From Escherichia coli (GTDB lineage: Bacteria; Pseudomonadota; Gammaproteobacteria; Enterobacterales; Enterobacteriaceae), in assembly GCF_003334255.1 (NCBI RefSeq), contig NZ_QOWU01000101.1: 6,464 nucleotides of DNA. One strand, 5' to 3'. Below the pieces are notes generated by a model. It was not told the origin of the DNA. It saw nothing but the letters and a program-made list of their open reading frames with translations, and did no database searches. Each line of letters opens with the position of its first letter. Position 1 is the stretch's first letter. Shown here piece by piece: positions 1-5,643 of the stretch. Both the position numbers and the translations under genes were made by a program.

Positions 1-48
1 TGTTCCGCGTGCGCATAGCCGCATTCACCGCATCACAAAATTCACTTT

Positions 49-106
49 AAAAAGGGTGGCAGAGCAGTCACGGAGTAAAACTGATACCGCCAAACGTCAC
101 CAGAAA
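49..106 (-). ncRNA. dicF: DicF small RNA (ftsZ-targeting sRNA of Qin-type prophages), mature 53 nt at 54-106 plus U-tract at 49-53
   Basis: The reverse complement of 54-106 reads TTTCTGGTGACGTTTGGCGGTATCAGTTTTACTCCGTGACTGCTCTGCCACCC, followed by TTTTT (plus-strand A5 at 49-53). This matches the E. coli DicF sequence as I recall it, with about one mismatch; the match is from memory, not from a search. It lies in the expected orientation, co-directional with the repressor-proximal leftward operon. Confidence 0.8.
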
Positions 107-440
107 ATTGATAACAGAGGGCGTTGCAGCGGGGTTGTCACTTAAGCGTATGGTCAACCTGACAACCCGGTGTCCTCAACGGGGAAGGAATAACCCCGCC
201 ATACTTACCGCCGCGCCATTTCGCGGAGTGCCACAACCGGAAGCGCGCGGTCGACGAAAATTTAATGACGACCTATACAGAGAGACTAACTTCGCCGGGC
301 GCTTTCGTGTTATGCCCTGACTTTTCAGGGATATATCCTTTTCAGTAAACTGTCAGTGCCGGATGCTCACCCGTGTCCGGCGCACGCACTCCACCTGACC
401 CGTGGAGAACTCCTTAATTACCAACCCTCAGGAGGGTGAA

Positions 441-524
441 ATGGATAAAAAGCAAATTGAGGCCCTGCAATCTATTATTGAAAAACAAGATGAAGCTATC
501 AGGATTCTTTTCATATCGCACTGA
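441..524 (+). CDS. Candidate 27-aa small protein (MDKKQIEALQSIIEKQDEAIRILFISH), antisense to the leftward early operon; may be the 5' part of a frameshifted gene continuing in another frame to 720
   Basis: One of the strongest translation-initiation contexts in the window: GGAGG at 431-435, 5-nt spacer, ATG at 441. The ORF ends at TGA 522-524. A second protein-like frame starts at ATG 526 and runs to TAG 718-720 (65 aa). Confidence 0.3.
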   Translation: MDKKQIEALQSIIEKQDEAIRILFISH

Positions 525-679
525 TATGATACTAAATATGCTTTCTGCATTAACGGCTGCGCTTGGTGGTACAAATACAAACGTATACCGCGAAGTTGTT
601 ATTCAACAGATAGATAAATTTGAAAAAACCATAGCAGGTATTAATGCTCATCTTGCAGAACAAGAGAAAGACCATGCTC

Positions 680-1093
680 TTATGGCAATTTCTTCAGTAG
701 CTCTCCCGAAAGTTGAGTAGTTTTAATTGTTGTTTTGAAATAATCACTGCTTTCACATTTGAGTGATTTCATGGCAATCCAAATGCGGGCCTCTGTGCCT
801 GCATTTGGTTCCAGTTGCTGTAGACGTTTTGCGTCTTCCAAAAGTAAGGCGATAATGTGTTTCAGCTTCTCATCATTTGCTTGATTCTTGTTTTCAGTCG
901 AATTCTGTCCGCCGAATAGGCGCTTCTCTTCATACAGACCTATAAAGGCACGACGCACGTTACCGGATATAGTATCGATGGTTTCCTTTTCTACAGTACT
1001 CAGGTCAAGAGTCGCCAGTTGAGAGCGAACCACATTAGATGCCATTTCCTGGAATGGTACTGGTAAATCTTTAAATTCCATCGTCAACCTCAT
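680..1093 (-). CDS. Hypothetical 137-aa protein, second gene of the repressor-proximal leftward operon; no family recognised
   Basis: Minus-strand ORF whose ATG (1093-1091) overlaps the TGA of the upstream YdfA-like gene (TGATG), suggesting translational coupling. Alternative start at ATG 1081. The predicted protein is helical and charged. Confidence 0.6.
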   Translation of the reverse strand: MRLTMEFKDLPVPFQEMASNVVRSQLATLDLSTVEKETIDTISGNVRRAFIGLYEEKRLFGGQNSTENKNQANDEKLKHIIALLLEDAKRLQQLEPNAGTEARIWIAMKSLKCESSDYFKTTIKTTQLSGELLKKLP

Positions 1094-1245
1094 CAGTCGG
1101 AGTTTCTTGCTAACCAGCGATGCGCGCCAGCTTCGGTTTTAAACGTTTTACTTTTGGTATACGTCATCGCGGTAAACGTGCCGTCCTGGTTGGGAAACAC
1201 GCCGCATACCAGAGATTCGCTGTTGCCAAGATCGATAGTATCCAT
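1093..1245 (-). CDS. ydfA: YdfA-like small protein (DUF1391 family), 50 aa
   Basis: The internal ATG at 1245 is preceded by GAGGT with a 5-nt spacer. The product MDTIDLGNSESLVCGVFPNQDGTFTAMTYTKSKTFKTEAGAHRWLARNSD matches my recollection of E. coli YdfA, the first gene after dicA in Qin. The 114-aa upstream extension in the ORF track has no SD and starts inside a hairpin. Confidence 0.6.
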   Translation of the reverse strand: MDTIDLGNSESLVCGVFPNQDGTFTAMTYTKSKTFKTEAGAHRWLARNSD

Positions 1246-1430
1246 GTTGACCTCATTTCCCCTTAACGCCGGGGGAGCGGAACAAAAACCTGCTGCGCTG
1301 TTATACAAAGTGTTCCCGCCGTCATGTTCATACGCCTCGGGCTGGCTACTTAACCCCTGACCACTGCCGGGTAACTCGAAGTATTGCCCTGCATTCTGTG
1401 GGGCGGGGTGGGTTGGTATGAAAAGAAGGA

Positions 1431-1467
1431 TACCCATAGGTATTTAAAAAGTAAATACCTATGGGTA
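1431..1467. promoter_or_regulatory. Perfect inverted repeat (15-bp arms, 7-bp spacer) downstream of the repressor gene; candidate OL-type operator overlapping an early-left promoter, possibly also a terminator for the repressor transcript
   Basis: TACCCATAGGTATTT (1431-1445) and AAATACCTATGGGTA (1453-1467) are exact reverse complements. On the minus strand, TTTACC-17 bp-TAAATA fits -35/-10 spacing within and around the repeat. The half-site CCATAGGTA recurs at 1926-1934 at the repressor start. Confidence 0.45.
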
Positions 1468-1509
1468 AATTTTTGCGGTGTCTTAACTGGTGACTAGTTG
1501 TTTGGTGAG

Positions 1510-1929
1510 CTATGATGCGTTTTGTGCTTTCTTTTTACGGATTTCTTCGTAGATCATATTGTAATACTGTTTTTTCTCTTCAAGAGTTTTTAATAATTTA
1601 TCCGCTTCACTTTCTGGCAGTTCGTCTAAGAGATCTAAAAAAATACGTTGTCGTGGCGTTAGAACCCTTGTTTCATAACTGGAGGCTGTGTTCGTTGATG
1701 ATGAAACGATACCATCCATCCATCCCCGGGGTAACCCAAAGGACTCTTCGATAATCTCCACCATATCATCAGCGATCCGTTTTTTTCCCTTTTTCCCCTC
1801 TGGGTACAACATTCTTGATACATAAGAAGGCTCGCGCCCGATCTTTCTGGCCACGTTAACCGCTTTACCATCGCATTTCTCATCACGAATTTTGATGAGT
1901 TGCTGTCGTCTAAATTCATATTTGTCCAT
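1510..1929 (-). CDS. Prophage repressor, 139 aa: CI-type HTH N-terminal domain with a DicA-like C-terminal region
   Basis: Complete ORF, divergent from the Cro-like gene. HTH segment AVNVARKIGREPSYVSRMLYPEG. The C-terminal LTPRQRIFLDLLDELPESEADKLL resembles the DicA C-terminus (LSPKELELLELFNALPESEQ as recalled). The ATG at 1929 sits 6 nt after a TATTAT -10 candidate, consistent with a leaderless mRNA. Confidence 0.85.
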   Translation of the reverse strand: MDKYEFRRQQLIKIRDEKCDGKAVNVARKIGREPSYVSRMLYPEGKKGKKRIADDMVEIIEESFGLPRGWMDGIVSSSTNTASSYETRVLTPRQRIFLDLLDELPESEADKLLKTLEEKKQYYNMIYEEIRKKKAQNAS

Positions 1930-2029
1930 AGGTAAATAATAGATGCGATTACCGCAAGGTAAACAACCTGTGGGTATTGACTTTTGTTTACCTGCGGGTA
2001 TTCTTTGCTGTGTTTACTAAGGAGTAGCT
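1930..2029. promoter_or_regulatory. Divergent promoter/operator region between the repressor and Cro-like genes
   Basis: CCGCAAGGTAAACAA (1952-1966) and the reverse complement of 1985-1999 (CCCGCAGGTAAACAA) form an inverted pair. A rightward TTGACT (1977-1982), 16-bp spacer and TATTCT precede the SD TAAGGAG (2018-2024) and ATG 2030. A leftward TATTAT sits immediately upstream of the repressor ATG. Confidence 0.55.
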
Positions 2030-2311
2030 ATGGAAGAATTAAGAATATTTCTCAATTCTCTTTCGTCAGATGAACAGCGTATGTTTGCATGCGAGTGTGA
2101 TACCAGCATCGGTTATCTAAGAAAAGCATTGAGTAAAGGTCAAGTGTTAGGGGCATCGTTATGTGTCCTTATTGAGCGAGCCAGTAATGGTGAAGTTACA
2201 CGTCAGCAACTAAGGCCTTTTGATTGGATGAATATTTGGCCCGAGCTGGAAGATACCAAAACGTTAACACAACCACTTTCTAGGAGCTTGATTCATGAAA
2301 ATCAAGCATGA
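2030..2311 (+). CDS. Cro-like transcriptional regulator, YdaS family, 93 aa
   Basis: SD TAAGGAG 5 nt upstream of the ATG. Divergent from the repressor. The segment ASLCVLIERASNGEVTRQQLRPFDW resembles Rac YdaS as recalled (CPAIERATRGEVLCEELRPDIDW). Confidence 0.8.
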   Translation: MEELRIFLNSLSSDEQRMFACECDTSIGYLRKALSKGQVLGASLCVLIERASNGEVTRQQLRPFDWMNIWPELEDTKTLTQPLSRSLIHENQA

Positions 2312-2720
2312 ACACATCCGCATGGCGATGAATGTCTGGGCGCATCCGGACGGCGAAAAAGTACCGGCTGCGAAAATTACCAAAGCGTATTTCGAGCTGG
2401 GAATGACGTTCCCGGAACTGTACGACGACAGCCATCCGGAAGCCCTGGCTCGTAATACCCAGAAAATTTTCCGTTGGCTGGATAAAGACACCCCTGATGC
2501 TGTTGAAAAAATTCAGGCTCTGTTACCGGCGATCGAAAAGGCAATGCCGCCTCTGCTGGTGGCCCGTATGCGCAGTCACAGCTCTGAATATTACCGTGAG
2601 ATCGTCGAACGGAGGGATCGGCTGGTGAAAGATGTGGATGATTTTGTCGCAGCGGCGATCGCCTGGGGCACCCTGACTAACAGTGGTGGTCAGCCTGGTA
2701 ATGCTGTTGTCGTGCATTGA
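2295..2720 (+). CDS. ydaT: YdaT-family protein (CII-like regulator, also annotated as toxin YdaT), 141 aa
   Basis: Starts MKIKHEHI and ends VVH, with an internal KIQALLPAIEKA motif, as in Rac YdaT from memory. GGAG lies 8 nt upstream. The start overlaps the end of the Cro-like gene by 17 bp. Confidence 0.8.
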   Translation: MKIKHEHIRMAMNVWAHPDGEKVPAAKITKAYFELGMTFPELYDDSHPEALARNTQKIFRWLDKDTPDAVEKIQALLPAIEKAMPPLLVARMRSHSSEYYREIVERRDRLVKDVDDFVAAAIAWGTLTNSGGQPGNAVVVH

Positions 2721-2788
2721 CCAACAATATTCATGCCGGATTTCTTCCGGATGTTCGAGGGTAAAGTTCGGTATCAGATGAGGTGAGT

Positions 2789-3826
2789 ATGGCTAATGCC
2801 TGGCTCAGATTGTGGCATGACATGCCAAATGATCCCAAATGGCGAACCATTGCCAGGGTCTCAGGACAGCCAATCGCAACAGTGATGGCGGTGTATATCC
2901 ACCTTCTGGTGAGTGCGTCACGAAATGTCACGACATGTCACGGCGTGTCACTACGTGGTCACATTGATGTCACGACGGAAGATTTAGCAAGTGCGCTTGA
3001 TGTGACGGAAGACGTAATTGATTCAATTTTGCATGCAATGCAGGGGCGGGTTCTGGATGGTGACCTTATTTCCGGATGGGAAAAACGTCAGGTGCTGAAA
3101 GAGGACAATGGTAACGTTTCGCAAACGGCAAAATCCCCGGCAGAGCGCAAGAGAGCGCAGCGGGAGCGCGAAAAGCTGCGGAAATATGATGCTGATTGTC
3201 ACGATGAGTCACGACGTGTCACGCATCTGTCACGACAAGTCACGACAGATAAAGATACAGATACAGAATTAAACCCCACACATAACGCGCGCATGCGCGA
3301 GAGTGCTCCAACCGGTGAGTCGCATGGTGCGCCGTTGCAGACAGCCGAACCTGAATACCTGGACGGCCTGAGCGAACCGATCGGGAAATTTTCGATGACT
3401 ACTGTCTGGCAGCCGTCGTCGGATTTTCGACAACGGGCAGCAGTGTGGGGTATGGCTCTGCCTGAGCCGGAATTTACACCTGCTGAGCTTGCCGCATTCC
3501 GGGATTACTGGATGGCGGAGGGGAAGGTTTTCACACAGGTTCAGTGGGAGCAGAAATTTGCCCGCCACGTGCAGCACGTCAGGACACAGGTAAAACCAGT
3601 CAGCAAGGGGGTAAGCCATGCAGCATCAGGTGGCACGGCATCACGGGCAGTTCAGGAAATCCGGGCAGCACGCGAACAGTGGGAACGAGACAACGGATTT
3701 ATCAGCAACGGAAATGGCCTGGAAGCTGTGGGAGCTTATGGGGGAGGTGTATTCGAACCGCTGGACTCAGAAGAACGGGGCCGCACCTTCGAAGCTCTGG
3801 ATTGCCCAGATTGGCACGATGACTGA
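2789..3826 (+). CDS. Phage replication initiator (lambda O-like, iteron-binding replisome organiser)
   Basis: Long ORF immediately upstream of the P-like gene. Two arrays of GTCACG iterons are embedded in its coding sequence, as in lambda O/ori. ATG 2789 is preceded by GAGG; the GTG at 2783 is an alternative start. Confidence 0.8.
   Translation: MANAWLRLWHDMPNDPKWRTIARVSGQPIATVMAVYIHLLVSASRNVTTCHGVSLRGHIDVTTEDLASALDVTEDVIDSILHAMQGRVLDGDLISGWEKRQVLKEDNGNVSQTAKSPAERKRAQREREKLRKYDADCHDESRRVTHLSRQVTTDKDTDTELNPTHNARMRESAPTGESHGAPLQTAEPEYLDGLSEPIGKFSMTTVWQPSSDFRQRAAVWGMALPEPEFTPAELAAFRDYWMAEGKVFTQVQWEQKFARHVQHVRTQVKPVSKGVSHAASGGTASRAVQEIRAAREQWERDNGFISNGNGLEAVGAYGGGVFEPLDSEERGRTFEALDCPDWHDD
2915..2978. 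repeat. Iteron array 1: six direct repeats of (t)GTCACGAc at 10-11 bp spacing
   Basis: GTCAC begins at 2917, 2927, 2937, 2947, 2958 and 2969, i.e. one helical turn apart. Confidence 0.7.
3196..3248. repeat. Iteron array 2: five direct repeats of (t)GTCACGAC at 10-11 bp spacing, followed by an AT-rich segment
   Basis: GTCAC begins at 3198, 3208, 3218, 3229 and 3239. The AT-rich stretch AGATAAAGATACAGATACAGAATTAAA (3247-3273) and the 12-bp palindrome CGCGCATGCGCG (3288-3299) follow. Confidence 0.7.
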
Positions 3827-4280
3827 ACAGCAAATCCGGCTGGTCTGCCGTCAGTGCATGGACCGCTGCCGGGCGGGTGAAACGTGGCCCCCAGACCTGG
3901 CTGAGTTTGTTGCACTGATTTCGGAGAGTGGGGCAAATCCATTTGGTCTTACGGTGGATGCAGTGATGGAAGAGTACCGGCGCTGGCGCAATGAATCCTG
4001 GCGATACGACGGGAGTGATAAATACCCGTGGCCACAGCCTGTGCTGTACCACATCTGCCTCGAAATGCGTACCAGAGGGATTGAGCGCCAGATGACGCAG
4101 GGTGAGTTAAAACGACTTGCGGAACGGCAACTGACGAAATGGGCAAAGCATGTTGGTAACGGGATGAGTGTTCCGCCAGTGCGACGACAACTGGAAGGGG
4201 CGAAACACCCGCAAGGGCCAACGCCAATTGAACGGCTGAAACAGGAATACGAACGCCGGAAGGCAGCTGGTTTTATTTGA
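3714..4280 (+). CDS. Replication protein P-like (DnaB helicase loader); start ambiguous
   Basis: The C-terminal two thirds resemble lambda P as recalled (YPW motif; PPDLAEFVAL versus PSPGQFVAW; TMTEQQ versus TTMEQV). The P-like frame is open back to 3618. Candidate starts: ATG 3618 (SD AAGGGGG, giving 220 aa), ATG 3714, ATG 3738, and ATG 3819 (ATGACTGA overlap with the O stop). The stop is at 4278-4280. Confidence 0.75.
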   Translation: MAWKLWELMGEVYSNRWTQKNGAAPSKLWIAQIGTMTEQQIRLVCRQCMDRCRAGETWPPDLAEFVALISESGANPFGLTVDAVMEEYRRWRNESWRYDGSDKYPWPQPVLYHICLEMRTRGIERQMTQGELKRLAERQLTKWAKHVGNGMSVPPVRRQLEGAKHPQGPTPIERLKQEYERRKAAGFI

Positions 4281-4313
4281 GTCTGAGAAACGATTTTGTC
4301 GGAGGAAATTTTA

Positions 4314-5030
4314 ATGGAAACCGTATTTGACGCACTGAAAGCACTGAAAAGAGCCTCTTCACAGGTAGTGGCGGCCCGCCTTGGAATCAGCCGTGAAGAT
4401 GCGGTCAACGAACTGTGGAAACTGAAGCGCCGCGGTGAAGCGGATAACAAGGGTTCGATGTGGTGGCTGATTCAGGCTGGTGAAAGTGAACCGGTGTCAC
4501 CGGTACCGAAAGTGACAGCGCAAATGCTGACTGAGGCGATTGAACAACATGGCCCACAAACGGCGGATGAGCTGGCACTGATGTTCGGGATTACCTCCCG
4601 CCGGGCGAATTCATCGCTGGCCATGGCAATCAGCAAAGGGCGTCTGATTCGCGTGAATCAGGGTGGTAAATTTCGTTACTGCATACCGGGCGCTGATTTA
4701 CCGGCAGAGCCGGAAGCTGCATCCGTAGCGGAAACCGATGGTAAAGCCTTTCCTCAGCCAGCAGGTGTTGCGTTACCAGTACAGGAAATGATGGCACAGG
4801 AAGAAATGAAAACAGAAATCGTGGAAGACATTGTGAGGTTACAGCCATCGATCACCGAAATGAAAGCAGATGACCTGATTCTACCATCGCTGCATGTGGC
4901 TAACCGCGAGCTGCGCCGGGCGAAAAGTGATGTCCAGAAGTGGGAGCGAGTCTGTGCTGCGCTGCGGGAACTGAACAAACACAGGGATATTCTCCGGGAT
5001 ATTACCGCCACCAGAGAGCAGCAGCGGTGA
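4314..5030 (+). CDS. Phage protein with two predicted winged-helix domains and a C-terminal coiled coil, 238 aa; function unknown
   Basis: GGAGGA at 4301-4306 with ATG at 4314; the track's 4296 start is a TTG. Two HTH-like segments ([18 protein letters not shown] and [24 protein letters not shown]). Its stop overlaps the next gene's GTG (GTGA). Confidence 0.7.
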   Translation: METVFDALKALKRASSQVVAARLGISREDAVNELWKLKRRGEADNKGSMWWLIQAGESEPVSPVPKVTAQMLTEAIEQHGPQTADELALMFGITSRRANSSLAMAISKGRLIRVNQGGKFRYCIPGADLPAEPEAASVAETDGKAFPQPAGVALPVQEMMAQEEMKTEIVEDIVRLQPSITEMKADDLILPSLHVANRELRRAKSDVQKWERVCAALRELNKHRDILRDITATREQQR

Positions 5031-5344
5031 GTGGCTGGAAGAAGTGGCGCTGGGCTGAAATCCTGATACTCCGGCAGTGTGCGGGAACGATGAGAGTCGA
5101 AAGCATCGGTTATCTGATTGGTCGTAGTGAGTCAGCCGTCAGGACGAAAGCGCGGGAACTGGGTATCAGCATGATTTTACGGGGTGATTTTCACCCGTCG
5201 GCAAAATATTCACAGCGTGATATTGAGCTGGCGCGGCAACTGCATCAGCGTGGCGTACCCCGACGGGAAATTGCCGAAAAGTTTGGGATGAAGTTGGGCG
5301 CAGTGAATAACTACGTTTATTTCGACAGGAGGGTTCAGGAGTGA
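5027..5344 (+). CDS. Small protein with two HTH-like segments, about 105 aa; function unknown
   Basis: GTG 5027 overlaps the upstream TGA (5028-5030). ATG 5090 is an alternative start giving 84 aa. HTH-like segments [21 protein letters not shown] and [19 protein letters not shown]. Confidence 0.6.
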   Translation: MSGWKKWRWAEILILRQCAGTMRVESIGYLIGRSESAVRTKARELGISMILRGDFHPSAKYSQRDIELARQLHQRGVPRREIAEKFGMKLGAVNNYVYFDRRVQE

Positions 5345-5643
5345 GGGTGAGGATTTATATCGCCGGTCCGATGACGGGATATGAAAATTTCAACCGCGAG
5401 GCGTTTCACAGGGCGGAAGATGCGCTGAAACGGGAAGGGCATACCGTTTTAAACCCGGCAGTACTTCCGGACGGGCTGACTCAACCACACTACATGGATA
5501 TTTGCATGGCAATGCTCCGTTGCGTGGATGCGGTTTACATGCTGAAAGGCTGGCAGCAGTCGGCAGGTGCAAGGGCTGAGCTGGCACTGGCGGAGAAACT
5601 GGGCCATGCGGTGATTTTTCAGGAGGTGGGCAGTGAATATTGA
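5341..5643 (+). CDS. DUF4406 protein, nucleoside 2-deoxyribosyltransferase-like fold, 100 aa
   Basis: N-terminal RIYIAGPMTGY and the later SAGARAELALA glutamate motif are typical of the NDT/Rcl-like fold. AGGAGGG at 5327-5333 precedes GTG 5341, which overlaps the upstream TGA. GTG 5347 is an alternative start. Confidence 0.75.
   Translation: MRVRIYIAGPMTGYENFNREAFHRAEDALKREGHTVLNPAVLPDGLTQPHYMDICMAMLRCVDAVYMLKGWQQSAGARAELALAEKLGHAVIFQEVGSEY

Noticed and set aside
108-320. 70-aa plus-strand ORF starting immediately at the DicF 5' boundary
   Set aside because: No SD, Arg/Pro-rich low-complexity translation, and it lies antisense to the DicF precursor region. Most likely a chance open frame.
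1246-1437. N-terminal extension of the YdfA-like ORF to a 114-aa protein (ORF track 1093..1437)
   Set aside because: The ATG at 1437 lies inside the 1431-1467 inverted repeat with no SD, and the extension is Gly/Pro/Ser/Gln-rich. The internal ATG at 1245 has a proper SD and yields a YdfA-sized product.
1512-1919. ORFs 1512..1754 (+) and 1659..1919 (-) overlapping the repressor gene
   Set aside because: Alternate frame or strand of a repressor gene with clear HTH and DicA-like features; no independent start signals.
2030-2720. Annotating the YdaS/YdaT pair as a bona fide toxin-antitoxin system
   Set aside because: Their position in the cro/cII slot upstream of O and P and their HTH content favour lysis-lysogeny regulators; toxicity on overexpression does not establish toxin-antitoxin function.
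2735-2749. Short hairpin CCGGA-TTTCT-TCCGG between the YdaT-like and O-like genes as a terminator
   Set aside because: Only a 5-bp stem and no downstream U-tract; at most a pause site, not a confident intrinsic terminator.
2264-2931. Minus-strand ORFs 2264..2491, 2523..2717 and 2731..2931
   Set aside because: Antisense to the YdaT-like gene and the start of the O-like gene; no SD.
2915-3248. Possibility that the GTCACG repeat arrays are a CRISPR array or mini-satellite
   Set aside because: The repeat unit is only 10-11 bp with no unique spacers, and the arrays lie inside an intact reading frame. This matches replication-origin iterons, not CRISPR.
3269-4227. Several minus-strand and alternate-frame ORFs inside the O- and P-like genes (3269..3619, 3544..3822, 3702..4052, 3736..3942, 3949..4227)
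   Set aside because: All are embedded in the replication genes, lack SD sequences and give Arg/Pro/Cys-rich translations; treated as frame shadows.
4296-4313. TTG start at 4296 (ORF track) for the winged-helix gene, and TTG 5879 for the acidic-protein gene
   Set aside because: In both cases a downstream ATG (4314, 5903) has the better SD spacing, so the TTG extensions are probably not translated.
3851-4450. 199-aa minus-strand ORF
   Set aside because: Antisense to the P-like gene and the following winged-helix gene, both of which have homology or good start contexts. Ser/Arg-rich translation typical of an antisense frame in GC-rich coding DNA.
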